Counted from the stretch's first letter, positions 1 through 9,873 are shown. The stretch: DNA of 64,000 nucleotides from a virus (IMGVR_UViG_3300025986_000001:32001-96000); one strand, 5' to 3'. Numbers and translations: made by a program. The notes: generated by a model from the letters alone, not told the origin.

Positions 1-461
1 TCGTCGAAGAGCCTATACCCCGCCTTGGACTTCGCGACGGTGTCTTTCAGGAACTCCCACGGGTTTCGGACGGAACCGTCCGGCCGGTCCGGCTTGTCCC
101 CGTCACGGTTGTTGTCGATCCAGTCCCGCAGCCGCTGCCGGTGCTCCTCCAGCAGCGCCGAGCGGGCCTGCGCCCGCTGCTTGAGGTCCGCCAGCACCTG
201 CGCCGCGTCGGCGGCCAGCTGCTGGCGGCGTTCGGCCAGCTGCTCGGCGGTCAGCCGCGGCCGGCCCTCGAACCAGCCGGGCTTGTCCCAGCCGGACTTG
301 ATGAACGCCTGCTCGATGCCGACCGCCAGGGCGGCGATGATCCCGATCACCGGGCCGCCCAGCAGGAAACCCGCGCCGATCGTCAGCGCGGCCGCCTTCT
401 TCTCCTCGGGGGCCATCCCCGGCGAGCTGGTGCTCGCCGGGGGCGGCGCGGTAACGGTCAT
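1..461 (-). CDS. Membrane-anchored coiled-coil protein, runs off the window edge
   Basis: ATG at 461, open to position 1; TM segment ALTIGAGFLLGGPVIGIIAALAVGI; follows 466..1317. Confidence 0.7.
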   Translation of the reverse strand, partial: MTVTAPPPASTSSPGMAPEEKKAAALTIGAGFLLGGPVIGIIAALAVGIEQAFIKSGWDKPGWFEGRPRLTAEQLAERRQQLAADAAQVLADLKQRAQARSALLEEHRQRLRDWIDNNRDGDKPDRPDGSVRNPWEFLKDTVAKSKAGYRLFD

Positions 462-465
462 GGGA

Positions 466-1317
466 TCAGAACACTCCGTTCAGGACGTCGGCGCCGTCGG
501 CGGTGGCGCCGGTGATCGCCGCCAGCGCGATTCCGCCGAAGATGAACACGGCGCCGATGCCGAAGATCGCCGCGGTGCGGGCCAGCTTGTCCGGCACCTT
601 GTCGACCCAGATGTCGTAGGCGCCGGCGACGATGGCGCCCAGGCCGGCCACCCCGATGCCGGTCCGCACGATGGCGCGGATGCCCGAGGGCAGCTGGGAG
701 ATCAGCGCCGTGTCGGCGTAGGCGATCAGCGGGATGATCACCAGACCGGCCAGCAGCAGCACGCCGAACGAGAACCAGTTCCACTTGTTCTTGTGGTTGG
801 TCGCCGCGTCCGCCCGCTTGACGATCATGAAGGCGTAGATCAGGGTGACGATGCCCATCGCCGCGGCGGTCAGCCCCTGGCCGATGCCCTGCGGGTTCTG
901 CAGCAGGCCGACCACGGCGGTGCCGCCGATCGGCAGCAGCGTCGGCGTCCACAGCGCGGCGGTGCGCGCCTCGTGGTCGGGCTGCTTGTCCGCCAGGTCA
1001 CGGATCATGCTGATCAGCAGGGCGACACCGTGCCAGCCCAGCGCCAGCGTGACCACCGCGGTCAGGTTGCCGACGAGCGCGCCGACACCGGCGCGGCCGC
1101 CCAGGCCGATCAGCCAGTGGATGAAGGGGATCATCGCGACGGTCAGCGCGAGGCCACCGATCGCGTAGAGCACGAACGCGCCCCAGCGGGCGTGTGAGCC
1201 GCGGTCCTTGTCCCGCATCTTCGGCAGGATCTTCTTGGCGGTCGTGACGCAGAAGATCGCGATCAGCAACGCGATCAGTCCGGTCTGGTGGGCGTTGATC
1301 CAGCCCAGGATGTTCAT
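466..1317 (-). CDS. Multi-pass membrane protein, possibly transfer/spread related
   Basis: 283 aa, about 8 hydrophobic segments, AAGGAAA RBS. Confidence 0.8.
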   Translation of the reverse strand: MNILGWINAHQTGLIALLIAIFCVTTAKKILPKMRDKDRGSHARWGAFVLYAIGGLALTVAMIPFIHWLIGLGGRAGVGALVGNLTAVVTLALGWHGVALLISMIRDLADKQPDHEARTAALWTPTLLPIGGTAVVGLLQNPQGIGQGLTAAAMGIVTLIYAFMIVKRADAATNHKNKWNWFSFGVLLLAGLVIIPLIAYADTALISQLPSGIRAIVRTGIGVAGLGAIVAGAYDIWVDKVPDKLARTAAIFGIGAVFIFGGIALAAITGATADGADVLNGVF

Positions 1318-1376
1318 GATCAGACTCTTTTCCTTGATGGTTCAGGGGTTGGGGTTGTTCTTGCGACGCACGAAAC

Positions 1377-1895
1377 TCAGGCGCTGTGCCCGGCCAGGTA
1401 GGCCATGCCCAGCGCGATCAGCAGGACGCCGGTCGCGACGCCGGCCTTGATGCGGGTGTCGGTGCCCTTGACGATCAGGTAGCCGGCGCTGTTCCACAAC
1501 GCCCGGCACAGCCCGGCCGCGGTCATCACCGTCCAGATGATCCAGTTGGCGGCCTCGCCCTTGCCCGGCGCGAGCCGGGTCCAGGCCAGCACCGGCGTCA
1601 TCGCCTCGACCGCCCAGTCGCTGCCGGCCGCCGAAGCGGCCGCCTGCACCTGCGCGGCCCGCAGCTCCTCGGCCAGCGCCGCACCCAGCCCGCCTCGCGG
1701 CGGCGGGGGCGGCGCGTACGGCTCCGGATTCGGCGCCGTACCTTGATCTACGAGCCTCAGATGTGGTACTCGCGCGCCCGCGGGTGCCCCCGGGCACGCG
1801 GATTCCGCCCCTTTTCGGGCCTCGAATCCGTGTTCCCGGGCAAGATCTGGGCGATGCACATGCGCACGCACATCGTCAAAGGGCTGCGCGCTCAT
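1377..1895 (-). CDS. Membrane protein with two C-terminal TM segments
   Basis: 172 aa, same-strand operon. Confidence 0.7.
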   Translation of the reverse strand: MSAQPFDDVRAHVHRPDLAREHGFEARKGAESACPGAPAGARVPHLRLVDQGTAPNPEPYAPPPPPRGGLGAALAEELRAAQVQAAASAAGSDWAVEAMTPVLAWTRLAPGKGEAANWIIWTVMTAAGLCRALWNSAGYLIVKGTDTRIKAGVATGVLLIALGMAYLAGHSA

Positions 1896-2109
1896 CGGTC
1901 ACACCTGCCTCTCGGTCGGTCAGTTCGATCAGTTCCCGGGCCACCCGCTCGACCGTGTTGTCGTCCGCGCGGGCGAAGGTGGCGCGGTAGTAGCGGGCCA
2001 CCGCGGCGAGGATTTCGCGGCCGTTGCCGGCCTCCTCCAGGTCCTTGAGCAGCCGGGCCTGCCGGCCCCGCCGGCGGGACGCGGCCCCGCCGGCGGGGCG
2101 CTTGGTCAT
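1876..2109 (-). CDS. Hypothetical protein
   Basis: MTKRPAGG start overlapping upstream stop. Confidence 0.6.
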   Translation of the reverse strand: MTKRPAGGAASRRRGRQARLLKDLEEAGNGREILAAVARYYRATFARADDNTVERVARELIELTDREAGVTDERAAL

Positions 2110-2513
2110 TTCCGTTGCCACGCGTACTTCTCCTCGTGGTCGTCGTAGGCGACCGGAACCCACAGGAACGAACGTTTCCGCAGGTCAGGCCAGTCGTCGG
2201 GGATGTAGGGGGTACGGCCACCGGTGATCTGCTCATCCTGCTGCGCAGGTAGCGGAGTGACTAGCAGCGCGTGGTCGTCGATGTCGGTGCGGCGGATCCG
2301 GTAGGCCCGGATCAGCCAGTCGAAGGTCCTGGCCAGGCGGGCCGAGGTGGGCCGAGAGAACTCCCCGCCGCGCAGATCCAGGTGCATCAGCGCGGGGGTG
2401 ATGGTGCTCGGTGTCACGTTCGGGGCTGTCAGCGGCGCCCCGTCGATGCGGGCCAGCTGCACCAGATACGGCAGCGGCCGGTCCTCGTCGTATAGATGGT
2501 TTTCTCGGCGCAT
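2106..2513 (-). CDS. Hypothetical protein
   Basis: GAGGAG RBS before MRRENHLY. Confidence 0.65.
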   Translation of the reverse strand: MRRENHLYDEDRPLPYLVQLARIDGAPLTAPNVTPSTITPALMHLDLRGGEFSRPTSARLARTFDWLIRAYRIRRTDIDDHALLVTPLPAQQDEQITGGRTPYIPDDWPDLRKRSFLWVPVAYDDHEEKYAWQRK

Positions 2514-2541
2514 CCTTGGCTCTCCTCGACGTTTCCCCAGG

Positions 2542-2847
2542 TCAGGCCGCCTGGGGCAGTTCGGGTGTGCGACGCGTGTGCGTGCGCACATCGGGCAGCT
2601 GGGGCTGCTGTACATCGACGACTACGCCCTCGAGCACCGGGTCGACCACGTAAGTGGAGATGGCCGCGGCGGTGGCCAGAACGGCTACCGCGCCGCCGAG
2701 AACGATCAGGAAGACCGGGCTCATCTGCAGATTCGGGACGTGTTGGGCCTGAAAGTAGAGGCCGGCCAGCGCCGTAAGGACTCCCTGTAGCAGGGCGCCG
2801 TACACAGCGTGACGGACTCGGGTCAGGCGACGGATCAGCGACTTCAT
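2542..2847 (-). CDS. Small membrane protein
   Basis: Two hydrophobic segments, MKSLIRR start. Confidence 0.65.
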   Translation of the reverse strand: MKSLIRRLTRVRHAVYGALLQGVLTALAGLYFQAQHVPNLQMSPVFLIVLGGAVAVLATAAAISTYVVDPVLEGVVVDVQQPQLPDVRTHTRRTPELPQAA

Positions 2848-2936
2848 GGAGTTGTCTCGCAATCTTGGGGTTGTTGCACGGGGTTGTTGCTCTGGAGGGT
2901 GGGACCGGCGGGTCATGACTCCCGCCGGCCGGTGGG

Positions 2937-4256
2937 TCAGTTGGCGACCTGATCCGTCTCGTCGTCTCCGGGACGGATCAGGTTCTGGATACCGGCCTCG
3001 ACGCCGAGACGGCCGGCGTGCGCCTTGCTGATGCCGAGACGCTTACCGATCTCCGCGTAGGAGACGGGAGACGTCCCGGACCGCAGAGACGCGACCTGGT
3101 GCAGGAGACGGGCGTCTCCCGCTCCCGTCTCATTCGTCGTCTCTGCCAGCGGCCCAGGAGACGGGAGCCGGCGAGACGGAGACGGAGACGCGGTCAGTGC
3201 GGCCGTCTCGGAGGAGACGAGGGACGGGACGACGTGCAGGCGCTGCTGCACGCGAGGCGTCTCCGTCTCCAGCAGTTCGGCCTCGACCGTCTCCACTGCC
3301 GGCCAGACCTTCGGCTTGCCGGACATCTTCCAGAGACGACGATCCTCGACCGCCAGAATCGGAGACGAGAGACGGTAGCGGGTGGCGTGCTTGAGCGAGC
3401 ACCAGGTGTCCCACGGGCACAGGATCCAGCTCATCGCCGAAAACTTCGGTGCCCGGGCGTCGACCAGGCCCTTCTCCCGCAGCCGCGCACGGTGCTTGTA
3501 GGCGGCCTGCTTGCCCCAGATCAGCACGCCCATGGTGCTCATCAGGGCCACGATCATCGCTGGTGCCCACTTGGCCACCATGGCGGCGTCCACCTCGACG
3601 GTGTCCGTGCGGGCCAGGTCCTGCGTCAGCTCGAAGATCGAGTGAGAGAGGATGAAAGCCGCGTTGAGCAGGATCAACGCGGCCAGCAGGAGCCGATGGC
3701 CGGCGGTGGAGTCACCCTCGATGCGGGTCTTCTCGTAGAGGGTTGCGGTCTTCCAGATACCGCCCTCGAAGGCCAGGGCCAGGGCCAGGGCGACTCCGTC
3801 GGGCAGGCTCAACGGCTCAGCGACGCCCGACTTGATCGTGAAGATGGCAGACACGACCAGCGGCGCGGCCAGCGGCAGGGCGCCGAAGGTGCGGTTGAAC
3901 CAGACCCCGGCGACTCGCAGCCACATGGGCAACGGGGCGATGACGTCATCGCCGGGTTCCGTCTCCAAACCGCGAGACGAGCTGCGGCGCTTGGTCGCGG
4001 CGGCCTGAGACGCCCGCTCCTGCGTCTCACGCTGCTCCTGCTCTCGGCGGAGACGGACGAGACGCTCCTGCTCGGCGCGCGTCTCGGCGGAGACGACGCG
4101 TGCGCGCCGCCAGGCAGAGAGACGAGACGCCGTCCGTCCCATAGGAGACGGCGTTGCGTCTCCGGGGGACGCCATCGGCGTCTCCGACGAAGCGCTCGGA
4201 GAGACGCCGAGCGTCTCCTCGTCTCCGTCTCGGTCTTGGGTGGGGGCGTTGTTCAT
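2937..4256 (-). CDS. Membrane protein with about 4 TM segments and a C-terminal HTH (DUF2637/Spd-like)
   Basis: Coiled coil, TM block, C-terminal VSYAEIGKRLGISKAHAGRL helix-turn-helix. Confidence 0.75.
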   Translation of the reverse strand: MNNAPTQDRDGDEETLGVSPSASSETPMASPGDATPSPMGRTASRLSAWRRARVVSAETRAEQERLVRLRREQEQRETQERASQAAATKRRSSSRGLETEPGDDVIAPLPMWLRVAGVWFNRTFGALPLAAPLVVSAIFTIKSGVAEPLSLPDGVALALALAFEGGIWKTATLYEKTRIEGDSTAGHRLLLAALILLNAAFILSHSIFELTQDLARTDTVEVDAAMVAKWAPAMIVALMSTMGVLIWGKQAAYKHRARLREKGLVDARAPKFSAMSWILCPWDTWCSLKHATRYRLSSPILAVEDRRLWKMSGKPKVWPAVETVEAELLETETPRVQQRLHVVPSLVSSETAALTASPSPSRRLPSPGPLAETTNETGAGDARLLHQVASLRSGTSPVSYAEIGKRLGISKAHAGRLGVEAGIQNLIRPGDDETDQVAN

Positions 4257-4436
4257 GAGACGACCGTACAACACCGCCGAGAAAGTTTCTAGCAGGAGTC
4301 ACAAATTGCTCAACATTTCTGAGACGATGAGACGGGAGACGACGCCGTCTCATGAGACGGCCGAGGAGACGCCTTGCGTAGCATCACCGATCTACCCCAC
4401 TCGCCCTACCGACTCTGAGACGCCGGAACTCGTCTC
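2955..4436. repeat. Dense GAGACG/CGTCTC hexamer cluster, about 50 copies in both orientations
   Basis: Hand count; absent from the TM-coding part (about 3380-3955). Confidence 0.9.
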
Positions 4437-4444
4437 CTCTACTC

Positions 4445-4511
4445 GCCTGACCCACGGCACACGAAAGCCCCCGGCTACCAACCGGGGGCTTTCGTGTGCC
4501 GTGGGTCAGGC
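4445..4511. terminator. 30-bp perfect inverted repeat, terminator-like
   Basis: gcctgacccacggcacacgaaagcccccgg, 7-nt loop, complement. Confidence 0.8.
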
Positions 4512-5066
4512 AGCGCGGCGGGCGGTCGGCCGCGCCTGGGTCGCCAGCTCGTGGACCCAGTTCCACCATGAGACGCCGGCGAGCACGTCGGGGAGGCTGT
4601 CGTCGTATTCGACCTTGACGCGGTGGCCGGCGTCGTCCATGTGCATGATCACCAGTCGAGCATTGTCGATCATCCACCAGTCGGCGCGCGGCCCGAACGG
4701 GGCCTCCCCCAGGATGTTCAGCGCCGGCCGGGGGAGCGTGACGATCTGCTCGCCGGCGGCACGGTTCCACCGGTCGTTCCACTGCACGAACTTCTGGTAC
4801 TGCGTCGGAGGCTCGTCGACGACGCGGACCCGCTCGACGCGCACCCCGCGGGCGGTGAGCGCACGCACATTGGCGTACCACCGGACCAGCCAGGGCGAGT
4901 CGGTGGCCGGCCGCGGGGTGCCGGCGCAGAAGGCGGCGTACAGCAGGTCTTCTGCGCCGACGGCGTAGCCGGGCTGCTGTTCCCACCGCCAGGCGGTGGC
5001 GGTGGCGGCGGTGATCTGTTCGTCGAGGACGGTGCCGACGTCGTCGTCGGCCAGTTCGTAGCGCAC
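4506..5066 (-). CDS. DUF6879-like protein
   Basis: AWRWEQQPGY, RVRVVDEPPTQYQKF, DWWMID motifs; adjacent to XRE gene. Confidence 0.7.
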   Translation of the reverse strand: MRYELADDDVGTVLDEQITAATATAWRWEQQPGYAVGAEDLLYAAFCAGTPRPATDSPWLVRWYANVRALTARGVRVERVRVVDEPPTQYQKFVQWNDRWNRAAGEQIVTLPRPALNILGEAPFGPRADWWMIDNARLVIMHMDDAGHRVKVEYDDSLPDVLAGVSWWNWVHELATQARPTARRAA

Positions 5067-5083
5067 GATGACCTCCGGTTGGG

Positions 5084-5941
5084 CTAGTGGGGCACGGCGC
5101 GGCGGGCCGCGCCGATCAGTTCTGCGGCCGCGGTCCCGGTGACCGCATCGTTCCAGAGCCTGTCGGTGAGCAGGTGGTACTGGGCGACCCGGTCGTCCTG
5201 CAGTTCTTCGACGTCGCCGACGTGCAGCTCGATGTAGATCCGGTCGTCGACGATTTCGTAGGCATTCGCGGCGAAGGTATCCAGGAAGCGGTCCTGGGGC
5301 AGGATGCCGAGCCGGATGTTGGGAAGATCGATGACCGACTCCAGGCGGCTGAGCTGCCCGCGCATGATCTCAGGACTGAATCGCCAGGTCCGCAGCACCG
5401 CCTCGTCGAGCAGAACCTCGAACTGCCGGTGGGTGTCGTAGACCAGCAGGCCGCTGGACTGGCGTTCGGCCACGGCCGCGGCCAGGTCGATGCGGTACTG
5501 CTCGGTGTCCTGGTCGATGTCGGGGGTCGTGAGCGCGTCCATGTGCCGCAGCATCGCCGCGGAGTATGCCGGGGTCTGCAGGAAGCGCGGGACGAACACC
5601 TTCTCGTAGAAGCGGTAGCGGGTCGCGCTCGCCAGGACCTGGGTGTAGGACTTCTGCTGCTGCACGCGGCCGGAGAGCAGGTCGTCGTGGTAGCTGCGGC
5701 GCAGCGCGCGTGCCTGCTCGAGCATGGCCGTCCACTGCTGCAGAGACCCCGGCGGGGCGTCGACGATGCGCGCCCAGTCCCGCAGGTCGTCCTCGGTGGG
5801 CAGTTGCCGGCCGGTCTCGATCTTGCTGACCTTCGAGGGCGGCCAGCCGGCGTCGGCGGCCAGGCTCTTGCTCAGCATCGCGCCGCGCGCCGCGCGCAGC
5901 CGGTCGCCGAGTGGGTTGGCAGGGTTCGGGGTTGTCGTCAT
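5084..5941 (-). CDS. XRE-family HTH regulator with DUF5753-like domain
   Basis: LAADAGWPPSKVSKIETGRQLP HTH; LLDEAVLR...QLSRL C-terminal domain. Confidence 0.85.
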   Translation of the reverse strand: MTTTPNPANPLGDRLRAARGAMLSKSLAADAGWPPSKVSKIETGRQLPTEDDLRDWARIVDAPPGSLQQWTAMLEQARALRRSYHDDLLSGRVQQQKSYTQVLASATRYRFYEKVFVPRFLQTPAYSAAMLRHMDALTTPDIDQDTEQYRIDLAAAVAERQSSGLLVYDTHRQFEVLLDEAVLRTWRFSPEIMRGQLSRLESVIDLPNIRLGILPQDRFLDTFAANAYEIVDDRIYIELHVGDVEELQDDRVAQYHLLTDRLWNDAVTGTAAAELIGAARRAVPH

Positions 5942-6074
5942 CGGATGCTTTCTGTTCCTCGGGTTGATGGGTTGGTCGGCCAGGTCGCAGCCCGAGGGAG
6001 GGGTTTGGCTACGAAATGCGACCCGGCCGGTCTGCGCGCAGGGGCAGATCCGGCCGGGCGGTCGGTGCGGGCGC

Positions 6075-6290
6075 TCAGATCAGGCCGCGGCGCTGCGCCC
6101 ACCGCTGGCCGATGTAGTCCTCGACGTCGCGGGGGACCTCAACGACACCTTCACCGCCGGGCAGGTCGATGCCCGCGTTGCCGGGCATCAGCCAGCCCTG
6201 CACCGCAAGGGTGTCGCGGTCGGTGTCGTAGACGGCGGGGCAGCCGTTGCCCGAGCAGGTCGGGGTGACGTACAGCTGAGTGAGGTTCAC
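6075..6290 (-). CDS. Small partner protein of the XRE/DUF6879 module
   Basis: CSGNGCPAVY...VQGW...GEGVVEVP motif. Confidence 0.7.
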   Translation of the reverse strand: MNLTQLYVTPTCSGNGCPAVYDTDRDTLAVQGWLMPGNAGIDLPGGEGVVEVPRDVEDYIGQRWAQRRGLI

Positions 6291-6731
6291 GGAGAGGCGC
6301 CTTTCTCATCTGGGTTGAGCAATTGCTCCGATCGTCCCACCTGATTGCGCCTTTGCCCAGCCCAGGCGTCCGCTTTCCTGGCCCGGGCCGGGCAAAGGCG
6401 CACGGGGCGGCGACCTGGCCGGGACACAGCGTAGCAGTCTTTCTCGACGTTTCTCGATGTGAGATCAAGTTTCTTGACGAAATTTCTCGGCCCGGCTAGG
6501 GTTGTCCGCAGATGCCCGGCCGGGGTGGGATGCGGAGAGGCGCCCACTGCGGCCGGGACTCGAAAACTTCCGCCGCGTGCGGTAAGTGCAACAACCCCAC
6601 AAAGAACGGCCCACCCTCGATGCCCAGGGCGGGTCGTTCTTTGTGTGTGTGTGTGTTGGGGGGGGGCAGCCTGCGCAACGGTGTGATGAGCGTTTCGTTG
6701 GGCACGGCAGAGAGAGCAGCGATCCTTAGGG

Positions 6732-6785
6732 GATGAAAATCAGCAGGCCCGGACCGTAAGTGGTCCGGGCCTGCTGATTTTCATC
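6732..6785. terminator. 24-bp inverted repeat terminator
   Basis: gatgaaaatcagcaggcccggacc, 6-nt loop, complement; ends the long minus-strand gene run. Confidence 0.8.
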
Positions 6786-6810
6786 ATGTAGCCCCAGCGC
6801 AGGGGCGGGC

Positions 6811-7191
6811 TCAGGCCGAACGCTGCCGATCGCGGCGCAGCCGATCCAGATTCTCCTGGCCCATCCGGACGGTGGCCACGGCGAAATCCATCGCCGAGCC
6901 GTCCAGATCCGGACGGGAGTCCGGCTGGCTGATCAACCAGACCGATCCGTCCGGGCCCACGTAGTACAGCCCGTGCGGCAGTCGGCCCATCGAGCCGCCG
7001 GCGCGCCACGCTGGCATCGGGGGGATACTGTTCCGGTACGACATGGTCACCGAACTGCGGCCGCACATGCCACTGATGGCCTCCAGCTCCACCTCCGTCA
7101 GGTGGCCGGGAACCTCCAGCAGCTGGTTGAGGCCGATAGCCGTGCCGCCGTCGCGCGGCACGTAGTAGACGTCCTCGGCCACCCCTCTCAT
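6811..7191 (-). CDS. Hypothetical protein
   Basis: ATGA overlap with upstream gene. Confidence 0.6.
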   Translation of the reverse strand: MRGVAEDVYYVPRDGGTAIGLNQLLEVPGHLTEVELEAISGMCGRSSVTMSYRNSIPPMPAWRAGGSMGRLPHGLYYVGPDGSVWLISQPDSRPDLDGSAMDFAVATVRMGQENLDRLRRDRQRSA

Positions 7192-7511
7192 CCGTGCACC
7201 TGCACGTTCAGCGCGAGGATGTCTTTCAGGGTGACGTCGATGAAGAAGCCGACCTCCCCGATCTCGTAGCCCTGCATCAGCTGGATGCTGAAGTCAGGAC
7301 CACGACGGTGCGCCTGCTCCAGCAGAGCGATCAGGCTTTCTCGTTCGTTGTTGTTCAGCGGCCGCCAGCCGCTGACCTTGACACCGAAGTAGGTATCCCA
7401 GGTCAGCCAGATCTCCGACGGCACCGGTGCAGCCCGCAGCCGCTCGGCCTGCGCGGTCAGGTCACGAGCCACGGGGCTGACAATCTCGAATTCGTCGATC
7501 ACGTTGCTCAT
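7188..7511 (-). CDS. Hypothetical protein
   Basis: AAGGAGG RBS. Confidence 0.7.
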   Translation of the reverse strand: MSNVIDEFEIVSPVARDLTAQAERLRAAPVPSEIWLTWDTYFGVKVSGWRPLNNNERESLIALLEQAHRRGPDFSIQLMQGYEIGEVGFFIDVTLKDILALNVQVHG

Positions 7512-7523
7512 ATCGGGCCTCCT

Positions 7524-7739
7524 TCAGATCACGGTGACGAGGCAGCGGATCAGCAGCATCAGCTCGGCGTCACTCTCGCAGGCCATGGCGGCCTGCGAGA
7601 ACGCCTCCGCGATCAGCGGGTGCCCGGCCCGGTCGAGGGCGCCGGTCACCGTCTCGACCACGGCCAGCGCGTCGGGCTGGTTGTCCAAGTACACCTGCAC
7701 ATCGGGGTACTCGGGCTCGATGTCGACGACGTTGCTCAT
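7524..7739 (-). CDS. Hypothetical protein
   Basis: MSNVVDIEPEYPDV, coupled start. Confidence 0.65.
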   Translation of the reverse strand: MSNVVDIEPEYPDVQVYLDNQPDALAVVETVTGALDRAGHPLIAEAFSQAAMACESDAELMLLIRCLVTVI

Positions 7740-7972
7740 GCCGGCAGCCACTCGAGCGTGCACGTGCTGTCGTGCTGGTGGTTGTTGTCGCAGGTCACGT
7801 GCCGCAGCAGGCCGGCCTTCTCCAGGTGTGTCACGGCGACGCCGATCCAGCGCGGGTCGCCGTCGTCGGTCAGTCGCCACGCGTCGGCAATCAGTGCATC
7901 GATCGTCACCGGCTCGCCGGCTGCGGCCAGTCGCCGGGCCACCTGCTGCCTGGCATATTCGCTCACGAGCAT
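7736..7972 (-). CDS. Hypothetical protein
   Basis: AAGGAA RBS, MLVSEYARQQ. Confidence 0.65.
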   Translation of the reverse strand: MLVSEYARQQVARRLAAAGEPVTIDALIADAWRLTDDGDPRWIGVAVTHLEKAGLLRHVTCDNNHQHDSTCTLEWLPA

Positions 7973-8022
7973 CGGGGGTTCCTTTCGTGGTTCTCGCCCC
8001 GGGCCGGTTGGCCTGGGGAGTC

Positions 8023-8532
8023 TCAGCCGCGCGCGATGGTCCGCGTCGGTGCCGGCAGGGTCTTCGCGCCGCTGCCGGCCAGGATGTGCCGGGTGTGCAT
8101 CCGCCGGATCTCGTCCTCGCCGACCTGGTCGAGCACGTCGCGCTGGGCGTCGCGGGCCACGCACACCTCGACGTCGACGTCGCGCAGGTCGTAGACCTCG
8201 AAGTCGGCGTCCATCTCCGCGGCCACCCGGCTCCAGGCGTTGACGTCGCTCTCGCGCAGGTTGGTGTCGTCGACGAACACGCTGGTGCCGTTGGCCAGCG
8301 CGGTGCGCACGCCGGCGCCCTGCAGGCCGGAGACGATCGCCTCCTGCGCGCCGGTGCCCAGGTGGCTGCCGTGGCCCATCTCGCGCAGGTCCCGCCGGGT
8401 GATCCGCACCCGCCAGTCGGGGTCGGCGCGGACCCAGCTGAGCGCGACGACGTGCAGGCCGCAGCCGGGCAGGCCGCGCCCGGCGACCAGGACGGGCCGG
8501 TGCTTGCGGTGGGGGTTGACGGTGATGCTCAT
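8023..8532 (-). CDS. AAA_33/polynucleotide-kinase-like protein with degenerate Walker A
   Basis: GLPGCG, RRDLRE, VFVDDTNL, VEVCVARDAQR motifs; no Walker A Lys. Confidence 0.75.
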   Translation of the reverse strand: MSITVNPHRKHRPVLVAGRGLPGCGLHVVALSWVRADPDWRVRITRRDLREMGHGSHLGTGAQEAIVSGLQGAGVRTALANGTSVFVDDTNLRESDVNAWSRVAAEMDADFEVYDLRDVDVEVCVARDAQRDVLDQVGEDEIRRMHTRHILAGSGAKTLPAPTRTIARG

Positions 8533-8559
8533 GATCCCTCCTTGGATCTCGGCCCGGGC

Positions 8560-8943
8560 TCAGGCCCGGGAGTTCTGCGGCGGCCGTACCAGCTGGACCT
8601 GCAGGCCGTAGGCCCGGCCCAGCTCCAGCAGCGCGGCCAGCTGGTCAGGCGCCAGGCCGTGGTCGGCGCGCAGGTACTGCACGTGCGCGACCGGCGCGGT
8701 CACACGGTCGTCGTCGGCCAGCTGCAGCAGCCGGACCACCTCGATCAGCTCGCCGCCGGTCAGCGGTTCGCTCGCGTCCGGCTCGACGGCGAGCAGCTGG
8801 CCCGGTTCGACGTGACGCACCCCGATCTTCTTACGCCGCTCAGGGTCCATCAAGGCGAACTGCGCGCAGCAGTTGCCGTGCACGGTGCGTTCGGTGCGCC
8901 GGCCGAAGGTGACCGTCCCCGGGCAGCGGTAGACGACGCCCAT
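8560..8943 (-). CDS. Hypothetical protein
   Basis: Coupled start MGVVYRCPG. Confidence 0.6.
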   Translation of the reverse strand: MGVVYRCPGTVTFGRRTERTVHGNCCAQFALMDPERRKKIGVRHVEPGQLLAVEPDASEPLTGGELIEVVRLLQLADDDRVTAPVAHVQYLRADHGLAPDQLAALLELGRAYGLQVQLVRPPQNSRA

Positions 8944-9296
8944 CAGCCGTTCACCTCGATCATGTGCTGCGGGCAGAGCACCGCCTCGAAGTCGATCCGG
9001 CGCAGATGGCAGCCGCACGGCAGCACCGTGCCCGGCAGCGGATCGAAGGTGGGCTGCTCGTAGGTGGTGTCGAACCAGGCCGGTGCCACCTGCGCCGGGT
9101 TGTTGATCGCCCGGGTCAGGTCGCGGCACAGCACGGTACTGGTGCCGAGCCGGCCGCCGGGGATGACGTTGCGGATGATGGCGTCATTGGGGAACTGCAG
9201 ACGCTCCACCTGGAACAGCTCGTCACACCAGCTGCGGAACCACACGTAGTCGCCGGAGTGCAGCGCCTCGCCGAGGCTGTCGAAGTAGCCGCTCAC
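8943..9296 (-). CDS. Hypothetical protein, C-terminal Cys/His
   Basis: GTGA overlap. Confidence 0.6.
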   Translation of the reverse strand: MSGYFDSLGEALHSGDYVWFRSWCDELFQVERLQFPNDAIIRNVIPGGRLGTSTVLCRDLTRAINNPAQVAPAWFDTTYEQPTFDPLPGTVLPCGCHLRRIDFEAVLCPQHMIEVNG

Positions 9297-9676
9297 TCGT
9301 AGATCACCTGCCCGAACAGGCCGATCTGCACGATCTTCGCGCACATCACCGGCTCGAAGTCGTAAGGGCTGGCCGCTTGATGACCGAGCAGCTGGTCGAC
9401 CTGGTCGAGGAACTGTTCGGTGATGTTGAGTTGGTCCAGCGTGGCCGAACTCTGCAGGATGCGAATCGCGTTCGTCACCGTTTCGTCGGTCAGTCTTCGG
9501 GTGCCAGGGCTGTAGTCGATCGTCTGTGGGACGATCACCCAGCCGAAGGTCTCGCCGGGGATCTTCCGGTCGACGGCGGCCCACATGTCGACGCCACCGG
9601 GCTGCATGGCCCGTTCAAGGATGTGGGAACACAAAACGCGCTGTAACACCTTGTCCAGCTGGCTGTAGGTGGTCAT
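9293..9676 (-). CDS. Hypothetical protein, paralog family ending QxGLFGxVxY
   Basis: C-terminus VQIGLFGQVIYE. Confidence 0.7.
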   Translation of the reverse strand: MTTYSQLDKVLQRVLCSHILERAMQPGGVDMWAAVDRKIPGETFGWVIVPQTIDYSPGTRRLTDETVTNAIRILQSSATLDQLNITEQFLDQVDQLLGHQAASPYDFEPVMCAKIVQIGLFGQVIYE

Positions 9677-9873
9677 CGCACGCACACCCCGCCGGGGCAC
9701 TCGGTGCACGGCACCACGGCGCCTGTCGCCTCGTAGTCGTGGGAGTCCATGTGGTGGCAGCAGGCAGGGTAGCCGCAGAACTCCTCCTCCAGTGCGTCGG
9801 CGTGCTCCGGTCTGGTCCGGGCCGGAGCCCAGCCGGCGAACAATTCGTCGAGCGGGGTACGGGGCTCGTTCAT
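9673..9873 (-). CDS. Small Cys-rich protein
   Basis: AAGGAGG RBS. Confidence 0.6.
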   Translation of the reverse strand: MNEPRTPLDELFAGWAPARTRPEHADALEEEFCGYPACCHHMDSHDYEATGAVVPCTECPGGVCVR

